Source of the DNA: a cyanobacterium endosymbiont of Rhopalodia gibba
GTDB lineage: Bacteria > Cyanobacteriota > Cyanobacteriia > Cyanobacteriales > Microcystaceae
Assembly: GCA_045159875.1 (NCBI GenBank)
Contig: CP067995.1
Span: 2,272,001-2,336,000, forward strand
Length of the DNA: 64,000 bases
Direction of reading: 5' to 3'
The position numbers and the translations under genes are program-made. Below are positions 55,212 to 64,000 of the stretch, in pieces. The notes under the pieces are model-generated. The model searched no databases and had not been told where the DNA came from. It was given only the letters and a program-made list of their open reading frames with translations. How positions within the stretch are numbered: the stretch's first letter is position 1; each line of letters opens with the position of its first letter.

Positions 55212-56195
55212 TTAACTATTCAGTGTTCCAATTAAATACAATAAGGCCATTCGCACAGCGATCCCATTTGTAACCTGTTGTTGAATCAAACTAAACTCTT
55301 GATCGTCCATCAAGTCAGAACTGATTTCTACTCCCCGATTAACTGGACCTGGGTGAAGAACCTTGACCCAGGGTTTACACAACTTAAGACGATCACGGGT
55401 AATACCATAATGTTGATGATACTCTCGTAAACTGGGTAACAAATGATCTATCATTCGTTCTTGTTGTAAGCGCAAAGTTATGACAAAGTCAGCTTCGATT
55501 AAGGCGGGTTCAATGTCCCAATGTAAACATAATTGATCGCTTTCCAATTTTGTCACCATCTGAAGAAAAGATTGGGGAAGCAATGTAGGGGGTCCGGCTA
55601 GATGGACCTTAGCCCCAGCCTTGGTTAAACTCCAGATATTAGAACGGGCAACCCGTGAATGTAAAATATCTCCTACAATGGCGATTTTTTTACCTTTTAA
55701 AAGTTCTGTCCTAGGGTTATCAAAATCAAGGAAAGAACATAAAGTAAATAAATCTAATAATCCCTGAGAAGGATGTTCATGTTGACCATCTCCTCCATTG
55801 AGAACACAGACCCCCGTTTCTAAAAAGTCCATTTCTGCCGCAATCGCTTGAGGAACACCGGCTTGTTTATGGCGAATAACCATAATATCTGTTCCCATCG
55901 CCAGATAAGTTTTAGCTGTGTCAAAAATGGTCTCTCCTTTAGTTAAAGAAGAACTTCCAGGGGAAAAATTAAGGATGTCTGCCGAAAGACGTTTGGCAGC
56001 TAATTCAAAACTACTGCGGGTACGGGTAGAAGGTTCAAAAAACATATTGGTCACCACCTGTCCCTGAAGGGCTGGAACCTTTTTAGTGCGTCGAGATAAA
56101 ACCTCTCGGAAACTAGAGGCAGTTTGTAGAAGGATATCGTATTCCTCAATTATCCAATCAGCCAACCCTAAAATATGATGTCGAGTCCAATTCAT
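55212..56195 (-). CDS. pyrB: Aspartate carbamoyltransferase catalytic subunit
   Basis: [43 protein letters not shown]. Confidence 0.97.
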   Translation of the reverse strand: MNWTRHHILGLADWIIEEYDILLQTASSFREVLSRRTKKVPALQGQVVTNMFFEPSTRTRSSFELAAKRLSADILNFSPGSSSLTKGETIFDTAKTYLAMGTDIMVIRHKQAGVPQAIAAEMDFLETGVCVLNGGDGQHEHPSQGLLDLFTLCSFLDFDNPRTELLKGKKIAIVGDILHSRVARSNIWSLTKAGAKVHLAGPPTLLPQSFLQMVTKLESDQLCLHWDIEPALIEADFVITLRLQQERMIDHLLPSLREYHQHYGITRDRLKLCKPWVKVLHPGPVNRGVEISSDLMDDQEFSLIQQQVTNGIAVRMALLYLIGTLNS

Positions 56196-56449
56196 GTTAG
56201 TCGGTTTGATTTAGATAAATTGTGAGTTTTGACCGAGATGCGAGGGGCAACCAATCAACAACTATGCTACTGTATTGTCTTCGCTAACTCTACTAATTTT
56301 TCCTAAAAAGAGTCTTATAACAGATTCAACTTAATAGTTGAATATTTTTTAAACTCCCTACAGACTTTGATAATCGAAACAGTTAAAATGACAGAAGCTT
56401 AAACCCTATCTTGTATTTATTAAAAATAATTATCAATAGTCAATATATA

Positions 56450-57094
56450 ATGATATTCACAGATATCTTACCTACACTCCTGTTAGCTTTAGTCTTGAGT
56501 TGTTTATCTTTGTCACCAGTGTTGTCCGAAGACACCGTAAATTTAACAGAAATTAAACTGAGCAATCGCTCCCTAATATCTCCAGAAACAGGGATAGACT
56601 ATACACCCCTACAAGATCGTTTACAACAACAACAATGGCAAGAGGCTAACGAAACCAGTACCTACCTAATACTTAAGGCTGTTAACCGAGACGAACAAGG
56701 ATGGATGTCCGGTAAAGATGTGGTTCAATTGGCTTGTTGGGACTTAAAAACTCTTGATGGTTTATGGAAAGAATATTCCCAAGGAAAATTTGGCTTTAGC
56801 GTTCAATTTCCTATCTTTATTGACACTGGAAATAAACCTGGAAAATTAGTAGCCAGTTATTTCTATGACGATTTTGGGACGCGAGTAGGATGGCGTAAAG
56901 ACGATCAATGGATCGCCTTCAAGCACAACTTAATTTATAGCCTAGATGCTCCGATTGGTCATCTTCCAAACCCCCGATTAGAATACCAAATTACTGGAGG
57001 GCAACTGAACTACACAGCCCTAAGCCAAAGGATGGTAGAGTGTAGACTTGTTTCTCCTACTTTTCCGACAAGACGGACTTACAACTCTAACTAA
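56450..57094 (+). CDS. GUN4-like domain protein with signal peptide
   Basis: IDYTPLQ..L...QWQEAN..T, DLKTLD.LW..YS.GKFGFSVQ, VGWR, APIGHLP. Confidence 0.8.
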   Translation: MIFTDILPTLLLALVLSCLSLSPVLSEDTVNLTEIKLSNRSLISPETGIDYTPLQDRLQQQQWQEANETSTYLILKAVNRDEQGWMSGKDVVQLACWDLKTLDGLWKEYSQGKFGFSVQFPIFIDTGNKPGKLVASYFYDDFGTRVGWRKDDQWIAFKHNLIYSLDAPIGHLPNPRLEYQITGGQLNYTALSQRMVECRLVSPTFPTRRTYNSN

Positions 57095-57151
57095 ACGACT
57101 ATCCTAGTCGAAGAAAGCGCAACAAGCTCTAGACTCAAAAATTTTGAGAAT

Positions 57152-58390
57152 TGACAGACATCCCCTTTTTAATTATATCCAAACAATTTTGGGCAAAAAA
57201 TCAACATAGAAATGACAACAATCTCGTTCAAATACTTTAAAAATTACTGAAAAGCTTTTTAATTCTATTTTTGTTGATGACAGCCTGTGCCTCAGATAAA
57301 CAAAAAGCTGCAGGTCTTGGGGCTGATACCTGTTAAGCTTCAAACCCTACAATGAATTACCCTCATTGATAATTGTGTGGGAAGCCTTGAAGCTAGACAA
57401 CAGATCAATATAGTCTCTAGTGGTACCAGTGGACACACTTATTGTCAAAATTTTTACTAAAGAAGGGGATATTCTTCGCGAAGGATAAACATACAACCTT
57501 TCTAAGAGAAAGAGGATGTAAGAGCTGCTATTGGATGCTTGAATGTTGCCAAAGTAAAGTTATCAACTGCTGAAGCGTAATTATGACAACGGAAAGCTAA
57601 GTGAGTTTCAAGGCTGATGTACATAAAACCGAAGTTAATTTAACTTCAGCTGAGATCAATTGTGGTCGATCACGAAGTCTCTAAGCTAACGATGTGCTTC
57701 CTAAAGAAGACTTTGACGATAAAATATACACTTTAAAACGCTACAAAAGCTTAATTAGACTTCATAATTAAAACCTGTGATGCTGGCAAAGCATATCTCA
57801 ATGCTGCTATCCAAAATCTACTAGCCTCTGAAAAGAAGGTAAACTAAGCTTTAGCCAATATGAATAGTCAAAAATTTATTGTATATCAAGTAAGCTTAAT
57901 GAGAACTAGCGATAACTAACCAGTTAAACCCTAGCCTGTAATTTTCTTTATGCTCCCATTAATGGGATGTCAGGAAGTTTAAATTAAAAAGAAATGGGAG
58001 ATAACGTTGATCTTAGAGAAGTGATTACTATTATCACAGATAATCAAATTTTTAATCTTAATGTTAGTGTTACTGCAAAAAATTTTAATTGATTGCATCC
58101 AATACTCCCTATATAAATTATTAATCCTAATGAAACCACGGAAATAGCTATAAACAACAAAGTGATTGCTAAATCGCTCTTTAAAATAAGTAAATTTTGA
58201 TATTATTGCTGACAATCTAGGAAATTTAGATGCGATAAAAATATTTATTTTTTACATAAAGCAAATTCTATATTTTAGTTTAAAAAACTAAAATATAGAA
58301 TATATTAGAAACAACAAAAGTATTCCGACTGGTGGCTTAGGGCAAATTTTTTTATTGAAGATAATACTTAATTATTGGTCATCTCCTAGC
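57152..58390 (+). pseudogene. RND/HlyD periplasmic adaptor, disrupted; ends approximate
   Basis: VGSLEARQQI, IVKIFTKEGD.LREG (lipoyl half), helical hairpin, then YAPING...GDNV...VITII; stops and frameshifts. Confidence 0.65.
58265..58301. repeat. Perfect 17-bp inverted repeat, 3-nt spacer
   Basis: attctatattttagttt-aaa-aaactaaaatatagaat. Confidence 0.85.
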
Positions 58391-59636
58391 CAATTTTACA
58401 TAATTAGTTAATATTTTTTATTAGTAAAATAGGATACTATTTTAGTGTATTTTTTAAAAGTTTAAAAGCTTAATTTTTATGTATTTAAAATACATGAACT
58501 ATAACCTCCTTTTAATCTATTTATTAAATATAAATTAAATAATAAAGAATGTCTAAAAAAATCTTAGGTAAACTCAATAAAACTCAATTATTTTATCGCA
58601 TTAATTATATTATGTATTCAACGTTTAACACTATTTTTTAGAGGTTACGATCAAAAACTACCTTTGCAAAACAACAAATATTTGAAAATTTTAAATACTT
58701 TAATAGGTAAAAAAATTACCTTTTTAAGGTTTCGGGTAAGCTTATTTAAAATATAAATAGTAATTTAAAAAATTGTAGTATCATCAGTGAAATTTTAAAA
58801 ATAGTTAGTTTTTCTAGAGACGATTATATATAATTTCAGGATAGATAAGAGTTCATGTGAACAAACATCGAAACCGAATATCCTTCATATAGATTTGGTA
58901 GTTTAATTATTATTAAATTAAATTAAATTTGGTAGTAATTGTTTAAAATCTGATTATAATTAGTAGTTTTAACATAAAAAATAAAGTTCTTTCGTTAAGA
59001 CTTTTTGTCAATTTTTAGTTGCTCTTTTGAATTTAATTTTTTTTTAAAAAAAGTGTTTTTAATTATTTTTTTATAGTTTTTATTTAAAGATATACACACT
59101 TATATATTATTTATTTTACTTGCAATAAAAAAGTAAAGCAACAGATATTTTAAACAACTTAAATTTTATTAATGGCAGCTTTTGTGGATTAACAATAGCC
59201 CCATAAAAACATAATTATAAAGGATTATTGAATTTAAATTGATCAATTTTTTTTTAAAAAAATAAAATTTATAAGTGCATAAAATATTATCTTTTCTGCC
59301 TTCGGTTGTTTTGTCTTGAGTAAAATGATTGAAACAATAAAAAAATGATAAATTTTTGTAAAACTTGTAACAAGAAAATAGATTAAACTTATAAAAAAAA
59401 TAACATTTATTGAATATAGTAAGTTAATTTAATTTAGTTATTCAAAGATTTTTTAAATGTTTCAAAATAGCAAGAGATTCATGTGTGTGTGATGATCATT
59501 CTTAACTATTTTGACCTCCACGGGGCTGACCAGTGGTTTTTCATGGAGAAGATCTCATTAACTCTAACCTCTGATACTAAGTTATCTTAAAGAATAAGCA
59601 AGCTTAGTTTAAGCAACCCCACAACATTGAATCATC

Positions 59637-60830
59637 ATGAGTGAGCAAACATTACGCATCTGTATTTTGGGGGGAGGTTTTGGTGGTTTATATACTGCCT
59701 TACGTTTGAGTCAGTTTCCTTGGACAGATGGACATTTTCCTGAAATCATCCTAATTGATCAACACGATCACTTTTTGTTTACCCCTCTACTCTATGAATT
59801 AATTACTGGAGAGATGCAATCTTGGGAAATTGCCCCTTGTTTTGAAGAATTATTGAGCAATACGAGAATTCGTTTTCACCAAGGTTGTGTCACCGCAATT
59901 AATGTCGAAAATCAACACATCGAATTAGATAATCGTCATAGTTTATCGTACGATAAATTAGTCCTGGCAATGGGGGGAAAAACACCCTTGGACCAGGTAT
60001 TAGGGTCAAAAGATTACGGCATCTCCTTTCGTAGTCTCCAAGATGCCTATCGCATAAAAGAAAGGTTGCGCTTACTAGAAGTCGCCCAGGCTGAAAAAAT
60101 CCGTATTGCTGTAGTAGGTGGTGGTTATAGTGGGGTAGAACTTGCTTGTAAGCTCGCAGACCATCTAGGAGAATTAGGAAGAATCCGCTTAGTAGAACGG
60201 GGAAAAGAAATTTTAAGTCATTCCCCTGAATTTAACTTCAAGGCGGTTCAAGATGCCTTAGAAAAACGGCGAGTTTGGATTGATGTGGAAACAGAAGTTA
60301 GTGAAATTACTTTTGATAGCCTATCCCTATGTTACAAAGGTCGAACAGATACCATTCCCGTCGATTTAGTTATTTTGACTGTAGGAACCAAAATGTTAGA
60401 CTGGGTAGAGGACCTTCCCTTGAAACACAGTGAACAAGGGTTGATTGCGGTCAATCCAGAATTACAGGTGATAGATCATCCTGAAATCTATGCGCTGGGT
60501 GATTTAGCAGACTGTAAAGATGCAGCCGGACAACAGATTCCCCGAACCGCCCAAACAGCCTTTCAACAATCTGACTATTGTGCTTGGAATCTTTGGGCTT
60601 CTATTACTCGACGTCCCTTGCTACCCTTTCGTTATCAAGCATTAGGGGAAATGTTGGCTCTAGGGATTAATAATGCCACTCTCAATGGGTTAGGAATGGA
60701 ACTTGATGGACCATTAGCTTATCTAACTCGACGGTTAATTTATCTGTACCGTCTTCCCACTTTTAAACATCAACTCAGTGTAGGGTTAAGTTGGATGATT
60801 CGACCTCTTGTAGAAGGGTTATTAGATTAG
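59637..60830 (+). CDS. ndbB: Type II NAD(P)H dehydrogenase, NdbB-like
   Basis: RICILGGGFGGLYTALRL..FPW, FLFTPLLYEL, GGGYSGVELACKL, TAQ.AFQQ. Confidence 0.75.
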   Translation: MSEQTLRICILGGGFGGLYTALRLSQFPWTDGHFPEIILIDQHDHFLFTPLLYELITGEMQSWEIAPCFEELLSNTRIRFHQGCVTAINVENQHIELDNRHSLSYDKLVLAMGGKTPLDQVLGSKDYGISFRSLQDAYRIKERLRLLEVAQAEKIRIAVVGGGYSGVELACKLADHLGELGRIRLVERGKEILSHSPEFNFKAVQDALEKRRVWIDVETEVSEITFDSLSLCYKGRTDTIPVDLVILTVGTKMLDWVEDLPLKHSEQGLIAVNPELQVIDHPEIYALGDLADCKDAAGQQIPRTAQTAFQQSDYCAWNLWASITRRPLLPFRYQALGEMLALGINNATLNGLGMELDGPLAYLTRRLIYLYRLPTFKHQLSVGLSWMIRPLVEGLLD

Positions 60831-60908
60831 TTGATTAACAGAGAAAACAAAAGTATGGAAAGTAAAAAAAAGGATTTAAAAGATAATATTGTCAAATGAA
60901 TTAAGATT

Positions 60909-61316
60909 ATGAAATCTGCTCGAATTTTAGTAGTAGAAGATGAAGCAAAATTAACTTGGTTTATCGAGTTAAAATTTCAAGCATAAGAGTTATGTGATTA
61001 CTATAGCTAATAATGGGTTATCGAAATTAACTTTCGTTAGAGACGGTGAGCTAAATCTTATTTTATAAAATAGGATGTTACCCGACATCTCAGACCCTGA
61101 AATCTATAAACGCTTATGTTCTATCTTCGTCAAATTATTATCAAAGAGCAAATTGTCGAAAGGGTATAGGAAGGATACCAATTTTATGAAAGCCCCGAAC
61201 ATTATTGAAGTCTATATTCGTTACCTACTCCTAAAATTGGAAGCCCAAAAAGAACTTTGACTAATTCCGACTGTTTGAGGAATAGACTATGTTCTGCTGA
61301 ACTCAAGGAATTTTTT
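60909..61316 (+). pseudogene. OmpR-family response regulator, internally deleted
   Basis: ARILVVEDEAKL.WFIEL, MLPDISDPEI..RL, then NIIEVYIRYL.LKLE...LIPTV*GIDYVL; middle missing. Confidence 0.8.
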
Positions 61317-61397
61317 AAAAATTTTACAAAAAAAATGACACAAGTAAGTTAGGTTTTGCTAGAATTACAGGCGGTCATTCAGCTTAAGATAGAATCT

Positions 61398-61901
61398 TTG
61401 AGTAAAGCAGTAGAGATTCCCAACCTAGATATATTGGCGCAAGAGCTAGCCGCTATCCAACAGACAGGTTCCAAACGGATTGCCCTATTAGGTTCGCGCC
61501 ACGTTCCCATCACTCATCAACAATTGATTGAGATGATGACCTATGCTCTAGTTTTAGGAGGCAATCGTCTTATGACATCTGGGGCGACAGGAACCAATGC
61601 AGCCGCTATTAAAGGGGCAATGAGGGCTGATCCGAACCTCTTGACGGTTATTCTTCCCCAAAGCCTTCGATGCCAACCTAAAGAGTCCCGCGATCAATTG
61701 CAAAAGATTGTTCACTTGGTGGAAAATCCAGAGAATGATGGGCTATCCCTGAGACAAGCAAGTTCTCTGTGTAATCTAGAGATTATTTCTCGCTGTCAAC
61801 AGTTGATTTGCTTTGCCTTTCACGACAGCCATACTCTTCTCCAAACTTGTCAAGAGGCTGAAGGGCAGCGCAAGCTAGTTACATTATTCTATTTTGATTA
61901 G
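61398..61901 (+). CDS. Conserved cyanobacterial DprA/Smf-like Rossmann-fold protein
   Basis: ELAAIQQTGSKRIALLGSRHVP, TSGATGTN, CFAFHDS, VTLFYFD; TTG start at 61398. Confidence 0.8.
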   Translation: MSKAVEIPNLDILAQELAAIQQTGSKRIALLGSRHVPITHQQLIEMMTYALVLGGNRLMTSGATGTNAAAIKGAMRADPNLLTVILPQSLRCQPKESRDQLQKIVHLVENPENDGLSLRQASSLCNLEIISRCQQLICFAFHDSHTLLQTCQEAEGQRKLVTLFYFD

Positions 61902-62042
61902 CTAAAAGAACGCTGTTCTGATACGAGAGTTGTCATCTTTTTAAGATGATCTCAACCCTGCTCGGTGCTTAAACTGAGCCGGACGCCTTAGAACATTCCA
62001 CCTTTGGGTTCTCGATGGGGATGTTTAGAATTTAAGCCCTTT
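61860..62042 (+). ncRNA. ssaA: 6S RNA
   Basis: About 183-nt rod: gaagggc pairs with gcccttt and ctagttacatt..ttga pairs with tcga..gatgtttag; contains ctaaaagaac, ctcggtg..aactgagccggacgcc and cacctttgggttctcgatgggg, as recalled for cyanobacterial 6S. Confidence 0.8.
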
Positions 62043-62164
62043 CGTTGAATAGAAAATTCTGGTAGTGATACGGAGAAAACTCCCCGTTACCAGAGAGTTC
62101 AATGTGGGAGTCTGTCAACACAGAGATTGGGGTTATTCTCTTGACTCTCTCTTTGTCGCGACTA

Positions 62165-62970
62165 ATGCTAGGTAAGTTCTCACAAGAGATTCAGTTAAAC
62201 GAACAAATAAATATTTCTAAAATGGATAAATTTAAGTAGTTTGCTACAAACTACCCAAAACCCATAAAAATTTTTGTTTAACGGATTAGTTAAAGTGGAG
62301 TTCTATGTTTATTCAGCTTGTGTAAGTAGTAGAAAATCTCATTTGATGAGTGGAAAGCCAACGTAATTAAAAAAAATTCCTAGACATTAACATTATATTC
62401 GGGAGATGAGGAGTGGAGTATAGTTTGCCTTAGTAAAATTAAATACTTTAAGTTATGGACATACACTATTGCCAAAATAGAGAAGACAATTACAAGTTTG
62501 TAGATATTAAAATTGCCATAGTTGTTTTGTCCTCTTTGAAAGCAGTTATTGCTAAGGTTTTAAAACTTTTAATCTCTAAAGGGATCGTTGACTTTTTTCA
62601 TCAAGTTTAAGATATTTAAGGAAAGCAAATAGCCATTGTTGCTGAAAGAACAGAAAAACAATGAGCCAAACATCATGAAGCACGGTTATTACCATCTTTC
62701 AATTCAGAACAGTCCGTTAATTATTTAAAATTAGGTCAAGCACAAGTGGTTGTATTAGATATTTCTACTCTAGAATACTATTCACCATTTGCTGTTGCCA
62801 AGGATTGTGGGTCAAGAGTATGTTTTTTTGACAATTGAACATTCGATAACTTAATGATTTAAATATTATTATGCAGTTAAAGAAGACTATAAGAAATTAT
62901 TCACAAGTAAATCCAAATATATGAACAAGTTAATAATTTAGATTCGAACAATCTCAACTCGTTTGTTAAT
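62165..62970 (+). pseudogene. GluR0-like ligand-gated K+ channel, disrupted; ends approximate
   Basis: 62415: GV*FALVKLNTLSYGH (cf. GMWFALVTLTTVGYGD pore); 62611: DI*GKQIAIV...ARLL...VNYLKLGQAQVVVLD..TLEYY (S2 ligand lobe). Confidence 0.7.
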
Positions 62971-63025
62971 TAATTAAGAACAGCAAGGTTTAGAGAGAAT
63001 GACCTCTTTAATCTCAAGATATTAA

Positions 63026-64000
63026 TTATCGATGTCTCGGGGGGCGTAATGCAGGAAAAAGACGAATTGGACCTAAAATCTGGTTGAGTTCTCGTAATTG
63101 TTCAGGGGTTCCCATACAAATTAATAAATCTCCAGCAAGTAATGGAGTATCTCCTGTAGGACCGCCTAAAAGGGCTCCATCAGACCGGCGAATCGCTAAC
63201 ACTAATGCTCCCGATTTTGACCTTAACCTAGCCTCACTGAGAGTTTTTCCTACACAAGGACAAAATTGTGGATCAAGCAGGAATTCTTCCATGTAAAATG
63301 TGCGCTCAGTTCCTGTTAAAATACCATCTACAAAATCCATTACTTGGGGACGTAAGGCCGCTGCTGCTAGGCGTTTTCCTCCTGTAATATAGGGGGATAC
63401 CACCGCATCAGCCCCAGCCCGTTGTAATTTGAGAACAGCTTCTTCTGTACTGGCACGAGCGATCGCCCGAATATTAGGATTTAGAGTTTTTGCTGATAGG
63501 ACAGTGTAAAGATTTTCCGCATCAGAGGTTAAAGCCGACACAATACAGGCAGCTTTATCGATTTTGGCACTTATAAGACATTCATCGAGGGTTGCATCCC
63601 CTTGAATCACTATGTAGCCTAGCTGCTTAGCTTCTTCCAATTGCTCGGTACGTGAATCAATAATTACAAAGGGAATGTCTTCTGCGGTAAATTCTACAGC
63701 TACCTGACGAGCAGTACGGCCATAACCACAGACTATACAATGATGTTCTAACGTATCAATCAAGCGTTTCTCCTGTCGTTGTTTAATTCCTTCTTGAAAA
63801 TATCCTTGAATTAATGCTTCGGTTAGACGATTAACAATATAACCAATGGTAATTAACCCCATCAAGATCAAGACAATAGTAAACAATCGCGAGCGATCTT
63901 GGAGAGGATGAATTTCTGAAAATCCTACTGTAGATAGGGTAATCATGGTCATATAGGCTGAATCAATAACAGACCATTTTTCGACTAATGAATACCAAAT
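63026..64000 (-). CDS. 2-TM potassium channel with RCK (TrkA-N/C) domains (5' end outside window)
   Basis: Frame open to the window edge (IWYSLVEKWSVIDSAYMTMITLSTVGFSE); IVCGYGRT, GDAT, RAGADAVVSP. Confidence 0.9.
   Translation of the reverse strand: MWYSLVEKWSVIDSAYMTMITLSTVGFSEIHPLQDRSRLFTIVLILMGLITIGYIVNRLTEALIQGYFQEGIKQRQEKRLIDTLEHHCIVCGYGRTARQVAVEFTAEDIPFVIIDSRTEQLEEAKQLGYIVIQGDATLDECLISAKIDKAACIVSALTSDAENLYTVLSAKTLNPNIRAIARASTEEAVLKLQRAGADAVVSPYITGGKRLAAAALRPQVMDFVDGILTGTERTFYMEEFLLDPQFCPCVGKTLSEARLRSKSGALVLAIRRSDGALLGGPTGDTPLLAGDLLICMGTPEQLRELNQILGPIRLFPALRPPRHR

Noticed and set aside
57979..58215. 78-aa minus-strand ORF (likewise 51833 on plus)
   Set aside because: Antisense to a pseudogene remnant, with no motifs.
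59511..59540. Third IS200/IS605-type end (ttgacctccacggggctgaccagtgg)
   Set aside because: Starts with TTGAC but the hairpin is too degenerate to support.

Overview
AT-rich cyanobacterial chromosome segment, judged Chroococcales-like from rpaB, ycf66, tic20, ftrV, dgdA, ndbB and a cyanobacterial-type 6S RNA. Intact housekeeping genes (pstB x2, cobT-like, radA, rpaB, cbiD, trhO, tamB-like, dnaK, serS, mtnA, fabZ, mgtE, ilvH, rpsF, aroQ, lpxD, pyrB) alternate with 1-3 kb stretches lacking long ORFs. Hand translation shows many of these stretches are eroding pseudogenes: a CRP regulator, a whole devBCA-type exporter operon, rfbD/sulfotransferase/rfbB, a response regulator plus kinase pair, an RND adaptor, a second response regulator and a GluR0-like K+ channel. 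This pattern suggests a genome-reducing endosymbiont such as a rhopalodiacean diatom spheroid body (inference only). Not in the ORF track: tRNA-Ala(UGC), 6S RNA overlapping a CDS end and followed by a second structured domain, a 45-aa AtpTheta-like gene, two decayed MITE families, an IS982 remnant, an internally deleted TnpB element, orphan IS200/IS605 ends (one overlapping the rpaB stop codon), and several long perfect palindromes in decaying DNA. No CRISPR array or intact defence system was seen. All family calls come from motif recognition by eye, not database searches.
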